The notes beneath the pieces were generated by a model. It searched no databases. It was not told the DNA's origin and saw nothing but the letters and a program-made list of their open reading frames with translations. The position numbers and the translations under genes were made by a program. A stretch of DNA of 64,000 bases from the human T2T-CHM13v2.0 reference genome, Homo sapiens. This document shows positions 31,201-46,138 of the stretch, piece by piece (the first letter of the stretch is position 1; the number at the start of each line of letters is the position of its first letter). The stretch lies in the NCBI RefSeq assembly GCF_009914755.1, contig NC_060927.1; one strand, 5' to 3'.

Positions 31201-32594
31201 AGCAAACATTGTATGTTCTAACTCATAAGTGGGAGCGAAATTATGAGGAAGCAAAAGCATAAGAATGACACAATGGACTTTGGGGACTCAGGGTGAAAGG
31301 GTGGGAAGCAGGTGAGGGATAAAAGACTACAAATTGGGTTTAATGTATACTGTTCAGGTGATGGGTGTACCAAAATCTCACAAATCACCACTAAAGAACT
31401 TGTTCATGTAACCAAATACCATCCGTCCCACCAAAAAACCTATGGAAATAAAATAAATAAAATTTAAAAAGAACCAAAAATATAAAAACCCTAGAAGAAA
31501 ACCTAGACAATACCATTCAGGACATAGAAATGGGCAAAGATTTCATGACAAAGATGCCAAAAGCAATTGCAACTAAAACAAAAATTGATAAATGGGATCT
31601 AATTGAACTAAGAGCTTCTGCACAGCAAAAGAAACTATCAACAGAGTAAACAGACAACCTACAGAATGGGAAAAAAATTGCAAACTATGCATCTGACAAA
31701 GGTCTAATATCCAGCATCTATAAATAACTAAACCAATTTACAAGAAAAAAAAAACAATCCCATTAAATTGGGCAAAGGACATGAATAGACACTTTTCAAA
31801 AGAAGACATACATGTGGTCAACAATCATATGAAAAAATGCTCAACACCACCGATCATTAGAGAATTGCAAATTAAAACTATAATGAAATACTGTCTCACA
31901 CCAGTCAGAATGGCTACTACTAAAAAGTCAGAAAATAACAGATGCTGGCGAGGTTGTGAAGAAAAGGGAACACTTATAGACTGTTGGTGGGAGGGTAAAT
32001 TAGTTCAACCATTGTGGAAGACAGTGTGGCGATTCCTCAAAGACCTAAAGACAGAACTGCCATTTGACTGAGCAATCCCATTAATGGGCAAATACCTAAA
32101 GGAATATAAATCATTCTATTGTAAATACACATGCACGTGTATGTTCATTGCAGCACTATTCACAATAACGAAGATATGGAATCAACCTAAATGTCCATCA
32201 ATGATAGACTGGGTAAAGAAAATGTGGTACACATACAGCATGAAATACCATGCAGCCATAAAAAAGAATGAGATTATGTCCTTTGCAGGGACATGGATGG
32301 AGCTAGAGGCATTATCCTTAGAAAATTAATTCAGAAACAAAAAACCAAATACCACACATTCTCATTTAAAAGTAGGAGCTAAATGAGCAGAACACACGGA
32401 CACATAGAGGGGAACAACACACACTGGGGCATATCAGAGAATGGACGGTGAGAAGAGGGAGAGGATCAGGAAACCAGGCTTAATACCTGAGTGATGGAAT
32501 AATCTGTACAACAAATTCCCATGACACAAGTTTACCTTGTAACAAACCTGCACATGTACCCCTGAACTTAAAAGGCAAAAATAAAAATAGAAGA
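28219..32594 (+). mobile_element. 5'-truncated L1PA12/13-like element (decayed ORF2 and 3' UTR)
   Basis: ORF2 homology starts in the EN domain and includes the FADD segment at 29816-30100. 3' UTR GGAGAGGATCAGGAAA...AATCTGTACAACAAA...GTACCCCTGAACTTAAAA. Diverged TSD AAGAAA..C..CACC. Confidence 0.85.
30863..31470 (+). mobile_element. L1PB1-like 3' end nested in the L1PA element
   Basis: Host ORF2 breaks at GACTTAAATGTAA and resumes at AACCAAAAATATAAAAACCCTAG. The insert has an L1PB 3' UTR (AATGGACTTTGGGGACTCAGGG...AATCACCACTAAAGAACTT...AACCTATGGAAATAAA). Confidence 0.85.
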
Positions 32595-35500
32595 AAGAAA
32601 CCCACTCCACCTATAAAGACACAAAAAGACTGAAAATAAAAAGATGGAGAAAGATATTTCATGCCAATGGAAACCATAAAGAGCAGAGGCAGCTATACTT
32701 ATATCAGACAAAATAGATTTCAAGACAAAAACTATAAAAGGAGACAAAGAACATCATTATATAATGACAAATGAGTCAATTGAGCAAGAGAATATAACAA
32801 TTGTAAATATATATACACCTAACACTGCAGCACCCAAATATATAAAGCATTATTAGAGCTAAAGAGAAACATAGACCCCAATGCAATAATAACTGGAAAT
32901 TTCAACACCCATTTTCATATTGGACAGATCTTCCAGACAGAAAATCAACAAAGAAACATTGAACTTAATCTGCACTATAGAGCAAATGGACCTAATAAAG
33001 ATTTACAGAACATTTCATCAAATGGTTACAGAATACATTATTTTCCTAAGAACATGTGCCATTCTCAAGGACAGACCACATATTAAGTCATAAAACAAGT
33101 CTTAAAACATTCAAAAAAATGAAATAATGTCAAGCATCTTCTGTGACCACAGTGGAATAAAAGTAGAAATTAATAACAAAGGGGATTTTGGAAACAATAC
33201 AAACACATGGAAATTAAGCAATATGCTCCTGAATGACCAGTGGGTAAATGAAGGACCAGTGGGTAAATGAAGAAATTAAGAAATAAATTGAAAAATTTCT
33301 TGCAACAAATGATAATGGAAAGACAAGATACCAAAACCTAAGGGATACAGCAAAAGCAATAATAAGAGGGACATATATACCTACAAACACCTACATCAAA
33401 AAAAGAAAAACTTCAAGTAAACAACCTAATGATGCATATTAAAAGACTATAAAAACAAGAGCAGAACAAATCCAAAAATTAGCAGAAGAAAAAAAAATAA
33501 AGATCAGATCAGAAATAAGTAAAACTGAAATGAAGGAAACGATACAAATCATCAACAAAACAAAAAGTCTATTCTTTGAAAAAATAAATAAAATTGACAA
33601 ACCTTTAGCCAGACTAAGAGAAAAAGAGAAAAGACCCAAATAAATAAAATCAGAGGTGAAAAAGGAGCCATTACAATTCATACCACAGAAATTCAAAGGA
33701 TTATTAGTGGCTACTATGAGCAACCATATGCCAATAAGTTGGAAAATCTAGAAGAAATGAATGAGTTTCTAGACACATAAAACTTACCAAGATTGAAGCA
33801 TGAAGAAATCCAAAACCTGAACAGACCAATAAAAAGTAATGAGATCAAAGCTGTAATAGTCTCCCCGCAAAAAAAAAAAAAAAAAAAAAAAACAAAAAAC
33901 CAGGACCCCATGTCTTCACTGCTGAATTCTACCAAACATTTAAAGAACAACTCATACCAATTGTACTCAAACTATTCCAAATAATAGAGGAGGAGGGAAT
34001 ACTTCCAAACTCATTCTGCAAGGCCAGTATTACCCTGATACCAAAACCAAAGCCACATCAAAAACAAAAAACTATAGGTCAATATGACTGATGAATATTG
34101 ATGCAAAAAATCCTCAACAAAATACTAGCAAACCAAATCCAACAACACATTAAAAAAAATTATTCATCATAACCAAGTGAGATTTATCCCAGGGAGGCAA
34201 GGATGGTTCAACATACACAAATCAATCAAATTGATTCATCATAGCAACAGAATGAAGGGCAAAACCATGTGATTATTTCAATTGATGCTGAAAACACATT
34301 TAATACAATTCAATATTTGTTCATGATGAAAACCCTCAAAAAACTGTGTATAGAAGACGGTACCTTAACATAATAAAAGCCATATATAACAGACCTATAG
34401 CTAGTATCACCTTGAATAGGGAAAAACTGAAAGCCTTTCCTATAAGATCTGGAACATGACAAGGATGCCCACTTTCACCACTGTTATTCTGCATGGTACT
34501 GAAAGTTCTAGCTTGAGCAATCAGGCAAGTGAAAGAAATAAAGGGCACCCAAATTGGAAATGACAAAGTCAAATTATCCTTGTTTGCAGATGATATGATC
34601 TTATATTGAAAAAAATTCTAAAGACTCCACCAAAAAACTATTCATACTGAAAAACAAATTAGTAGCATTTCCATATGCCAAGAGTGAACAAACTGAAAAA
34701 GAAATCAAGAATGCAATCCCACTTACAATAGTTACAAATAAAATTAAATATTAGGAATTAACCAAATAATTGAAAGACCTCTACAATAAAAACTATAAAA
34801 TATTAATGCAAGAAATTAAAGGGGACACCAAAAAATGAATAGTCAGTCCACGTTCATGAATTGGAAAAATCAATATTGCTAAAACAGTCATACTACACAA
34901 AGCAATCTACAGATTCAATAGAATCCCTATCAAATTACCAATGATATTCTTCACAGAAATAGAAAAAAAAATCTTAAAACTCATGTGGAACTACAAAGAA
35001 ACCAGAATAGCCAAAGCTATCCTAACCAAAAAGAACAAAACTAGAAGAATCACATTATCAGACTTCCAATTATACTACAAAGCTATAGTAACTAAAATGG
35101 CATGACACTGGTATAAAAACAGACACATAGACCAAATGGAACAGAATAGAGAACCGAGAAACAAATCCATACATCTGCAGTGAACTCATTTTTGACAAAG
35201 TTGCCAAGAATGTACATGGGAGGAAAGGACAGTCTCTTCAACAAATGGTTCTGGGAAAACTGGATGTTCATAAGCAGAAGAATGAAACTGGACCACTATC
35301 TCTCACCATATGCAAAAATCAAATTACAATGTATTAAGGACTTATATCTTAAGACCTCAAACTATGCAACTACTTTGACAAAACATTGGAGAAACTCTCC
35401 AGGACATTGGAGTAGGCAACATTTCCTTGAGTAATGCCTCGCAAGCACAGGTAACAAAGCAAAAATGAACAAATGGGATCACATCAAGTTAAAAAGCTTG

Positions 35501-38162
35501 TACAAAGCAAACAAAAATCAAAAAAGTGAAGAGACCACCCACAGAATGGGAGAAAATATTTGCAACCTATCCACCTGAAAAGGGATTAATAACCAGAATA
35601 TATAAGGAACTCAAACAATTCTACAGGAAAAAAATCTAATAATTTGATTTAAAATGGGCACAAGATGTGAACAGACATTTCTCAAAAAAGACATACAAAT
35701 GACAAACAGTCATATGAAAGGTGCTCAATATCATTGATCATCAGAGAAATGCAAATCAAAACTACAACGAGATATTATCTCCCCCCAGTTAAAATGGCTT
35801 ATATGCAAAAGACAGGCAATAATAAATGTTGACAAGGATATGAAGAAAAGAGAACCCTCATACATTGTTGGTGGGAATGTAAATTAGTACAACCACTATG
35901 GAAAATAGTTCGGAGGCTCTTCAAAAGTCTAAAAATAGACCTATCATACAATGCAGCAAGCCCACTGATAGATACATACTGAAAAGAAAGGAAACTAGTA
36001 TATTGAAGAGATATCTGCACTTCACGTTTGTTGCAGCACTGTACACAATAGCCAAGATTTGGAAACAACCTTAGTGTCCATCAACAGATAAATGCATAAA
36101 GAAAATATGGTACATGTTCACAATGGAGTGCCATTCTTCTATAAAAAGAATGAGGTCCTGTCATTTGCAACAACATGGATGGAACTGGAGGTCATTAAGT
36201 GAAATAAACCAGGCTCAGAAAGACTAACATCACATGTTGTCACTTATTTGTGGGAACTAAACATTAAAACAATTGATCTCATGGAGACAGAGAGTAGAAG
36301 AATAGTTACCAGAGGCTGTGAAGGGTAGTGGGGCTGGGGGGTTCAGGGCACAGGGATACAGGGATGGTTAATGGATACAAACAATAGAAAGAATGAATAA
36401 GACCTAATATTTGCTAGCAAAACAGAATGACTATAGTCAAAAATAATTTAATAGTGCATTTTAAAATAACTAAAGAGTATAATTGGATTGCTTGTAACAC
36501 AAAGGATAAATGCTTGAGACGTTGGATACCCCATTTACCATGATGTGATTATTACACATTGCATGCCTGTATCAAAGTATCTCTTGGACCGCATAAATAT
36601 ATACACCCACTATATACCCACAAAAATTGGAAATAAAAATTAAAAAGGGAGAAAAGCCAATAGATAAATTCAGTTACAATGCTAAATAAAATAATAATAA
36701 TTCAAATAATCCAAAAGAATTCAAGAAAGGAAAAATATACACATTAAAAATAAGAAAAAAATAAATTTTAAAATGATAGGCCTAATTACAACCATATTAT
36801 TAATTATATTGAAAGCAAATGTTCTGGATATACCAATTAATATGCAGAAATGTTCAGAGTGGATACATTAAAAGACCTACAGGGTAAAAGTAAGATGATG
36901 GTAAAAGATCTACCTGGAAACACTATTCAAAAGAAAGCTGCAGGACCTTTATTAATATCAGACTAAAAAAAGATTTTAGGGTATGAAAAGTTAACAAAGA
37001 TAAAGAAAGACACTGCATGAGAAAAGGGTCAATTTGTACCAGGAAGACACAGCAATTCTAAATTTGTATGACCCTGATACAAATTTACCAGAGGCCGTGA
37101 AGGGTAGTGGGGCTGGGGGGTTCAGAGCATGGGGATACACGGATGGTTAATGGATACAAAAAAAAAATAGAAAGAATGAATAAGACCTAATATTTGCTAG
37201 CAAAACAGAATGACTATAGTCAAAAATAATTTAACAGTACAATACAAACCTTAAAAATACACAAAGCAGAAACTCACAGAACTGAAAGGAGAAATTGACA
37301 CATCATTTATATTAGGAGTTTTCAACATTTCTTTCTCAACAATCAGTAGAACAATCAGTAGAACAATCAGTTCAACAATCAATAGAACTAATAGAAAAAT
37401 GAGAAGTAATATAGAAGAATTGAACAACACCATTAACCAACCATACCTAATTGACAATTGTTGAACACCCCACTCAACAACACTAGAATACATATTCTTT
37501 TCAAGCACACATGCGACATACACCAAGATACATCATATCCCATCTTGTAAAATGAACTTTAAAAATTTTTAAAGAACTGAAATCATACAAAATATGTTCT
37601 CCAACCATAATGGAATTAAACTAGGACTCAGTAACACAAATATCTGAAAAAATCCCTGAAATTTGGAAGTTAAACAATATACTTCTAAGAAATCAATGGG
37701 TCAAATAGAGCTCAAAGAAATAGGAAAATATTTTGAACTAAATGAAAATGAAAATACAACATATCAGAATTTATGGGATGAGGCTAAATCAGTGCTAACA
37801 GGTGAAATTTATTGTACTTAATGCTAATATTAGAAAAGATGCAATATTTCAAGTCATTAAGGTGCACCTCCACTTAAGAAATTAAAAAATAAGAGCAAAT
37901 TAAGCCCCAAAGAAAATGTACCCCATAAATATATACACAAGTGGAAAAAAAGAATTAATAATTATAGCACTGGAAATCAATAAAAATGAAAAAAGAAAAC
38001 AGAAAATTAATGAAAAGTTGGTTCTATTTTTTTAAAAAAAAACAATAAAATTGATTAATCTTTAGCCAGACAGATCAATAAAAATAGGAAAAAGATGGAA
38101 ATTGTTTATAACATAAATGAAAGAGAATGTGTCACCACAAACCTCACATTAAAAGGACAGTA

Positions 38163-38563
<401 letters not shown>

Positions 38564-39668
38564 TCAAAAAGAAATAAATAACCTGAATATTCCTACTTTT
38601 ACTAAAGAAATTGAATTTGTAATTAAAATCCTCCCAATAAAGAAAACTACAGACTCAAATGCTTTCACTGGTGAATTCTATCAACCGATTTTGACAAAAA
38701 TGCAAGGAAAAATTCAATGGAGAAACAATAATCTTTACAACAAATAGTGCTAAAACAATTGTACATATATATTTTTAAACCTTCACCTATATCTAGCACT
38801 TATGCAAAAAAGTAACTCAAAACACATCTTAGATTTAAATGTAAATTATAAAACTTTAAACTTTGGAGGAAAACACAGAAAAATTTTTTGTGACCTTGAG
38901 TTAAGTGAAGAGTTCTTAACTGATAAATCAATCTTCATCAAAACTAAAAACTTTTGTTTGGTGACAGACACTATTACAAGAATAAAAGCACAAGCTACAG
39001 ACTGGAAAAAAAATATTTGCATATCACATACCTGAAAAGTGACTTATATTGGGAATAGATAAAGAACACTTGAAGCTCCACAAGGAAACGAAAATTGGGC
39101 AAAAAAAATAAATAGACACTTCACCAAAGAAGATGTGTAAATAGTAAGAAAGCAAATGAAAAGGTGCTCAATGTTAGGCAAATGCAAACTGAAACCATAA
39201 TAAGATACCACTGCAATTCTAGTGGAATGACTTTTTTTTTTTAAGCAACTGATACCCTCATAGGTTGGTGTGGGAATGCAAAATGGTACAGCCACTTCAT
39301 AAAACAGTTTGGCAGTCTCTTACAAAGTTAAACATACACTGACCATATGACTCGAAGTCAACAATCCCACTCCTACTATTTACACAAGAGAAGTGAAAAT
39401 TTATGTTCACACATACATACACAATATTTGACACAAATGTTTATAGCAGTATTTTTTATAGTCACCAGAAACTGAAGACTACCGAAGTGTTCTTCAGTAG
39501 ACGAATGAATAAACAAACTGTGGAACATCCATACAATGAAGTACTGCTCAGCAGTCAAAACAAAATGTAAACTATTCATATGTAAAACAACATGGATGAA
39601 TCTTAAATCCATTAGCCTAAGTGGAAAAAGGTGGACTTGAAAGACCACACACTCTATGATTCCATTTT

Positions 39669-39733
39669 GTTGTTGTTGTTCAAGTTTATTAAGAAAGTAA
39701 AGGAATAAAAGAATGGCTACTTCATAGAGCAGC
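39669..39733 (-). mobile_element. Retroposed MER41-type LTR fragment with an (AAC)n tail
   Basis: Minus strand reads GCTGCTCTATGAAGTAGCCATTCTTTTATTCCTTTACTTTCTTAATAAACTTG then AACAACAACAAC. Flanked by TGATTCCATTTT / TAATTCCCTTTT. Confidence 0.7.
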
Positions 39734-39771
39734 TAATTCCCTTTTTTGACACTTTAGAAAAGGCAAGACTG

Positions 39772-40044
39772 GACCGGTCTGGCCAACATGGAGAAAACCG
39801 TCTCTACTAAAAATAACAAAAATTAGCTGGGCGTGGTGGCGGGCGCCTGTAATCCCAGCTACTCGGGAGGCTGAGGCAGGAGAATTGCCTGAACCCAGGA
39901 GGCGGAGGTTGCGTGAGCCGATATCGCGCCACTGCACTCCAGCCTGGGCGACAAGGGTGAGACTCCGTCTCAAGAAAAAAAAAGAAGAGAGGAGGAGAGG
40001 GAAGGGGAGGGGAGGGAATGGGATGAGAGGGGAAGGGACAGGAG
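39772..40044 (+). mobile_element. 5'-truncated Alu with a GA-rich expanded tail
   Basis: Starts mid left monomer and is CpG-rich. TSD AGGCAAGACTG (39761-39771, 40045-40055). Confidence 0.9.
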
Positions 40045-41816
40045 AGGCAAGACTGTAGGGACAGAGAACACATCAGAGACAGGGGAGAGTTTTAATATAA
40101 GGTGCACTAGGAGGAAATTTGGGAGAACAAGGGAACTCTTGTATATCCTGATTGGGATGTGGGTACACAATTTTTTGCATTTATCTAAAATTTGTAAATT
40201 GAAAAATAAAATATAATGAAATAAAAGTAAGGGGAAGTAAACTTCAAAAGTAATAGATCCTCTACTTCTCTGTTCCTTGCTCACTTCTCACCAGCCATTT
40301 CCCAGAAATAGATTGAGCACCACTAGGGAAGGGAGCAATTAGGGAGAAACAGGCTGATCTTTGCACACTCTACCTCTCTGTATTTTCATTGAAAAATACA
40401 TTTTCAGTTCATTGATCCTTTCAGTAGTCTTTAAATGGGGTCTAAGGTCCAACTGTCCCTAGAGGAGAATAAAGAGAAGCATCTGGTATTGTCTGCATAG
40501 GCAGATTCTTCCTAAATTATCCATTCTTAAATTAGAATCTACCTGTATTTCTTTCAGTGCACCTGGGCAGGCCTGAAACCATCTAAAACTTAATTCTACT
40601 ATTTAATAATTAAAAATCCGTTGCTGCATAACTAAAAATCTTTACAAAAAAAACTTTACAACACAAAATCCTCTCCTTACATGTTGGTTTTAAATTGAAG
40701 TAATTTAAATTCTTCTATTTATTTTTCATCCTATTGTATTTTGTATATTTCTGTAAATTACCAGATTTTATTTTTCAATGAGTAGCATAATTTGTTTTAT
40801 ATTTATTCCTCTGGATCTTTCTTGTTTTTGTGTTTAACAGCCATTTGTGTGCCTATATGCCCTATTATAGTTTGACTACCTCAATCTTACAGGTTTGGAA
40901 CCATAATTTTCTATTATACAAAAAGGAGTTTGTTTCTGCTGTCTTTTCATACTCTTAAACAGATTTTGGTGCAGTAAAATTATTTTTCCTTGATTTAAAG
41001 CATTTTACAATGGTGTATAGCACTGAATATTCACTTAGCACAATCTTATAGAATGAATTAAAAACACTTCTACAGTAGTTGTTTTAGTTAGCCTGAAAGC
41101 TCTAAAAACTGACGTTCTTAACATCTCTCCAGTATTCAATCTACAAATCAAACTAATAAATCAGAAGCCAAAGTGGGTCGGATTATATTATCTTTGGCTA
41201 AGATCTTGGAAACACTTCAAAGTTGATATATTGTGAAACAGAACTAATAAAAACGCAATCAAAGTTGTCTCACATGACTTTAACTAAGCAGCAAAACCTA
41301 AAGAGAAGATGAAATCTCTCTCTGAACTTCACACACATATAAAACAGTGTGCAGGTTTATAAGACATGTAGACAATTTGCTCAAAAATAGAGTCTGATTA
41401 GGAATGTAGAAATCCATAACTGGCACTGAAAAATAATGGAGGTAAACTGAAAATTACTTGGGGGGAAACTGTATAATTGAAATTGCCTCTGGATCTTTCT
41501 TTTTTTATTAACATGGTAAACAGGGAGATGAATTGATTATTTCCCTTAATTCAAAGCTATAGGATGAAAGGCTATTCTCTTTCAGAAGTTCTTGAATACT
41601 GACTGGCAGGTAGGCCAAAGGCAAAGCAATTGCTAACTTGCTTTCCATTCATCTGGCCCTCCTTTCCCACTTTGGACATGTCATCATTCTTGGTGTGATC
41701 ACCTCAACCTCAGGCTGTGTTCAGAAATCACTAACCCCGGTAGGTTTTTTGTTGCTTTTATTCTGACAGATTCCTCAATTGCCCCATTGAGTATCCATAT
41801 AAGGCATGATATATAA

Positions 41817-42183
<367 letters not shown>

Positions 42184-43290
42184 TAAGCTGCTTTTATGTG
42201 TGTAGCCTCTGCCAAGGGCTAGTGACACAACGAAGAACAAGACAGAGACTTTTATGTTCTCGTGAACTATAAATCTGCTATGGAAAAGAGACATTAGAAA
42301 AGAATGACACAAATAACTATTAGTTGTGATATATGCTCTGAAAGAAAACTTCAGGGTGACATGAGAGCATGTAACAGAGGGACTCCTTTGTCTGGAAGGT
42401 CTGAGAATTCCTAGGAGTAACATTCAACAAGGTGAAAACTATTTAAACTGTGACTTGAAGGGGAAGACAGGTAAAGGAAAGTGGGAAGGAGGAACAGAAT
42501 AGGAGAAGCAAAGAGAAATAAGTACCAAGAAGTTGATCTATGTTATCTTATTGAATATGCAAAATAGAACTTTGCATGCAAAATAGAACTTTGCATGTAA
42601 TCAGAGAAAAAGTGTTTCCAACCCAGCTGTGTCACTTAACTGCCATGTAATCTTGAGCAATTCATGTAATATGTTATATTTTCAGTATATTCATCTATAG
42701 AATGGGGATATAGCAGCCCTGTACAATTCACAACATTGTAAATACCATCGTTTAACATAGTGGCTGGCACAAAAGAGAGGTTCTATAATTTTTAATGGTC
42801 TCAGTCATAATTTCTGCCAAGTTTTGTACAGGCATGAAGAATATGGCATAAAAAGACCAGGCACATAGCTTCTACTTTCTGCTTTCTACTCGTTCTAGGC
42901 TTTTGTATAGTGTATTCTTCAGTGGGAACTAGCTCATTTCTGGAATCATCTCTCCTGTCTTCTTAGGAGGTGGTAAATAGTTTAAAAATGGAAATAGGAT
43001 CAAAAAAGTGTCACAAAATAGAGGTATTTAGAGAAACTAAACTTCTTTCTAGAGAAATTCCAAATATAATTTTAGACTTCCCCATGGCCAGAAGCCTTAT
43101 GTGTCTAAGCTACTCTGAATCTTGACTACTAGAGACTATGAGTAAAGACGAGAAAATGGCAGGAGAGGCATCTTCTACAATTCATCTTTTTTTCATACAG
43201 TTAAGTTAATGGTACAAATTAAGGAATGCAGGGTAATACTAAACAGCAGATATCGATAGTGACCGTCTGAGAAATCTCAACTGAGACTTT

Positions 43291-43616
<326 letters not shown>

Positions 43617-45561
43617 GACTGAGACTTTTATCTAGGAAGAAAACTTAATGGATCTATACTCCATTAAGTTTTATCCAAATCTTTTATCCCCTATCCAAAT
43701 ATTGACTGAAAAAAATCACAATAATGACAAGACTGAATAACATATTTACCTGTCCATGAACCAAGCTTCCAAAAGACTGCAGAACATAGCCAGCAACTCA
43801 GAGGAGCCTCAGTACATGAATAAGGTAATGAAAAAGCTACTCGTTTTGTAAGGCAGGTGCATCCCCTTTATGTCACCTTAGTAATGGCATTAATCTTTTA
43901 GCTTTGTGTAAAAGATTCAAAATTGCTTTTTGAGTGACTGGCTATTTTACAAGGATTCCAGAGAGATAAAGCCTTTCACCTGTAGCAGCTCAGAATGAAG
44001 GAGTAGTGCCTGAAATTTACTACCATTTAAAAGCCATGTGGTGATCTATGTGAAACAAAAGGTTACTTAATATAATGCCACATAGGCAGGCTTCAACAGC
44101 TCAGGGTGACATTTGAGCCAATGATGCAAATGGAACAGTTGGAAAACATGGAAAGAGTTAAATCACTCTGGCTGGATATTTATTTTTCAAACAAATACAA
44201 GAAGGAAATTTGACAGGCCATAATTACAAAGTAGATAAACAGAGAGGGATTATTTGATGTTTCAGAGATCACATGACTCACTCTCTGGGCACCAGCTGTA
44301 CCTATGCTTTCTCAAATGTTTAATGCATGAGGTTCCCTATGCATGTATACACACACATACACACACACATGCACACTTGAGCAATCAGTTGTTTTCTTCC
44401 TAGTGAATCTATACTTTTTCTTATGATCATCTCTTGCAGTAACATTCTTACTCTTCTGAGCTGTAAGGGTGACCTTTCAGCTATTATGTTATCAAGAAGA
44501 ATGCATCAGGAAAAAAAAAACTAAATGCCCATCTTGATCCTTTTATCATCCTCTTGAAAGGGAATTTCTACATCTACATTGTTCCTCTGCATCAAAGAGC
44601 CCTGATGTTTATCTCAATAGGTGGGTTCTGCTAGATGGAAAGACCTAGCAGGATGTTGGCTGATGGAAAAGCATTGAATCAACACTATATTCAGTCTCAC
44701 TCCTGTTCTACTGAAACTGCTTTTTGAACTAAAACAATAACAGAGCATCATTGAAAAAATCTCCTGCTATTCTTTTAATAGGCCTCTAAAGGCTAAAGCT
44801 TTAAAGAAGAATGATTTACTTATTCTGATGATAGAAGCATCTTCATCCACAAATATTATAATTGTATGATCTTGTTTAAGCAAAGATAGATATTGTTATG
44901 GGTTGCATGTCCTCTCCAAAATTCATGTTGAAATTTAATTGCCATTGTGACAGTATTAAGAGATGAAGCCATTAAGAGGCGATTAGGCCATGAAGGCTCC
45001 ACCCTTATGAATGGATCAATGTCATTATTGTTGGAGTAAGTTGTTATAAAAGTGAATTCAGCCCTTTCTTGCTCACTGGCTTCTGAGCTGTCTTGCCCAT
45101 CCACCTTCTGCCATGGGATGACACAGCACAGAGGCCCTTGCCAGATGCTGGCAACATGCTTTTGGACTTCCCACTCTTCAGAAGCATGAGGCAAATAAAT
45201 TTCTGTTCATTACAGATTACCCAGACTGTGATACTGTCTTAGAGTGAAATAAAATAGACTAAGCCAGAAAACTGGTCTCAAGAGGTGGGGCTGCTGCTAT
45301 TCAAATACTTGAAAATGTTGAAGTAGCTTTGGAACTGAGTAATGGATAGAAGCTGGAAGAATCTGGAGAAACGGAAAAAGCCTAGATTGCCATGAATGGA
45401 GCATTAAAGGTGATTGTGGTGAGGGTTCAGAAGAAGAGAAGAACTGTAGGGAAGTCCAAAACTTTAGAGATAAATACTTAAGTGGTCATGATTAGAATGC
45501 TAGTAGAAATATAAATAATAAAGGCCATTCTAATGAGGTCTCAGGCAAAAATGAGAAATAT

Positions 45562-45961
<400 letters not shown>

Positions 45962-46103
45962 TGAAAGGCAGAATTTAATAGCAATGAACCAGAATATCTG
46001 GCAAAAGAAATTTGTAAGCAAAATATAGAAGGATCTGTGTGGCTAGTTTTAACTGCACACAGTAAGATGCAAGTGGAAAGAAATGACTTAAATATGGAAC
46101 TTA

Positions 46104-46138
46104 TACACTGGATTTTACCCAAAAGGCTGAAAAGCAAT
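46104..46138 (-). pseudogene. RNU2: 3'-truncated (tailless) U2 snRNA retropseudogene, U2 nt 1-35
   Basis: Reverse complement matches ATCGCTTCTCGGCCTTTTGGCTAAGATCAAGTGTA at 29/35. Flanked by an 18-bp TSD with 2 mismatches (46088-46105, 46140-46157). Confidence 0.82.

Noticed and set aside
29541-32329. RT-like ORF fragments including FADD
   Set aside because: Pieces of a frameshifted old L1 ORF2, not a separate or novel reverse transcriptase system.
43749-43775. Possible 27-nt minus-strand microexon (CTGCAG|...CAG|GTAAAT)
   Set aside because: Weak pyrimidine tract and donor, with no supporting context.
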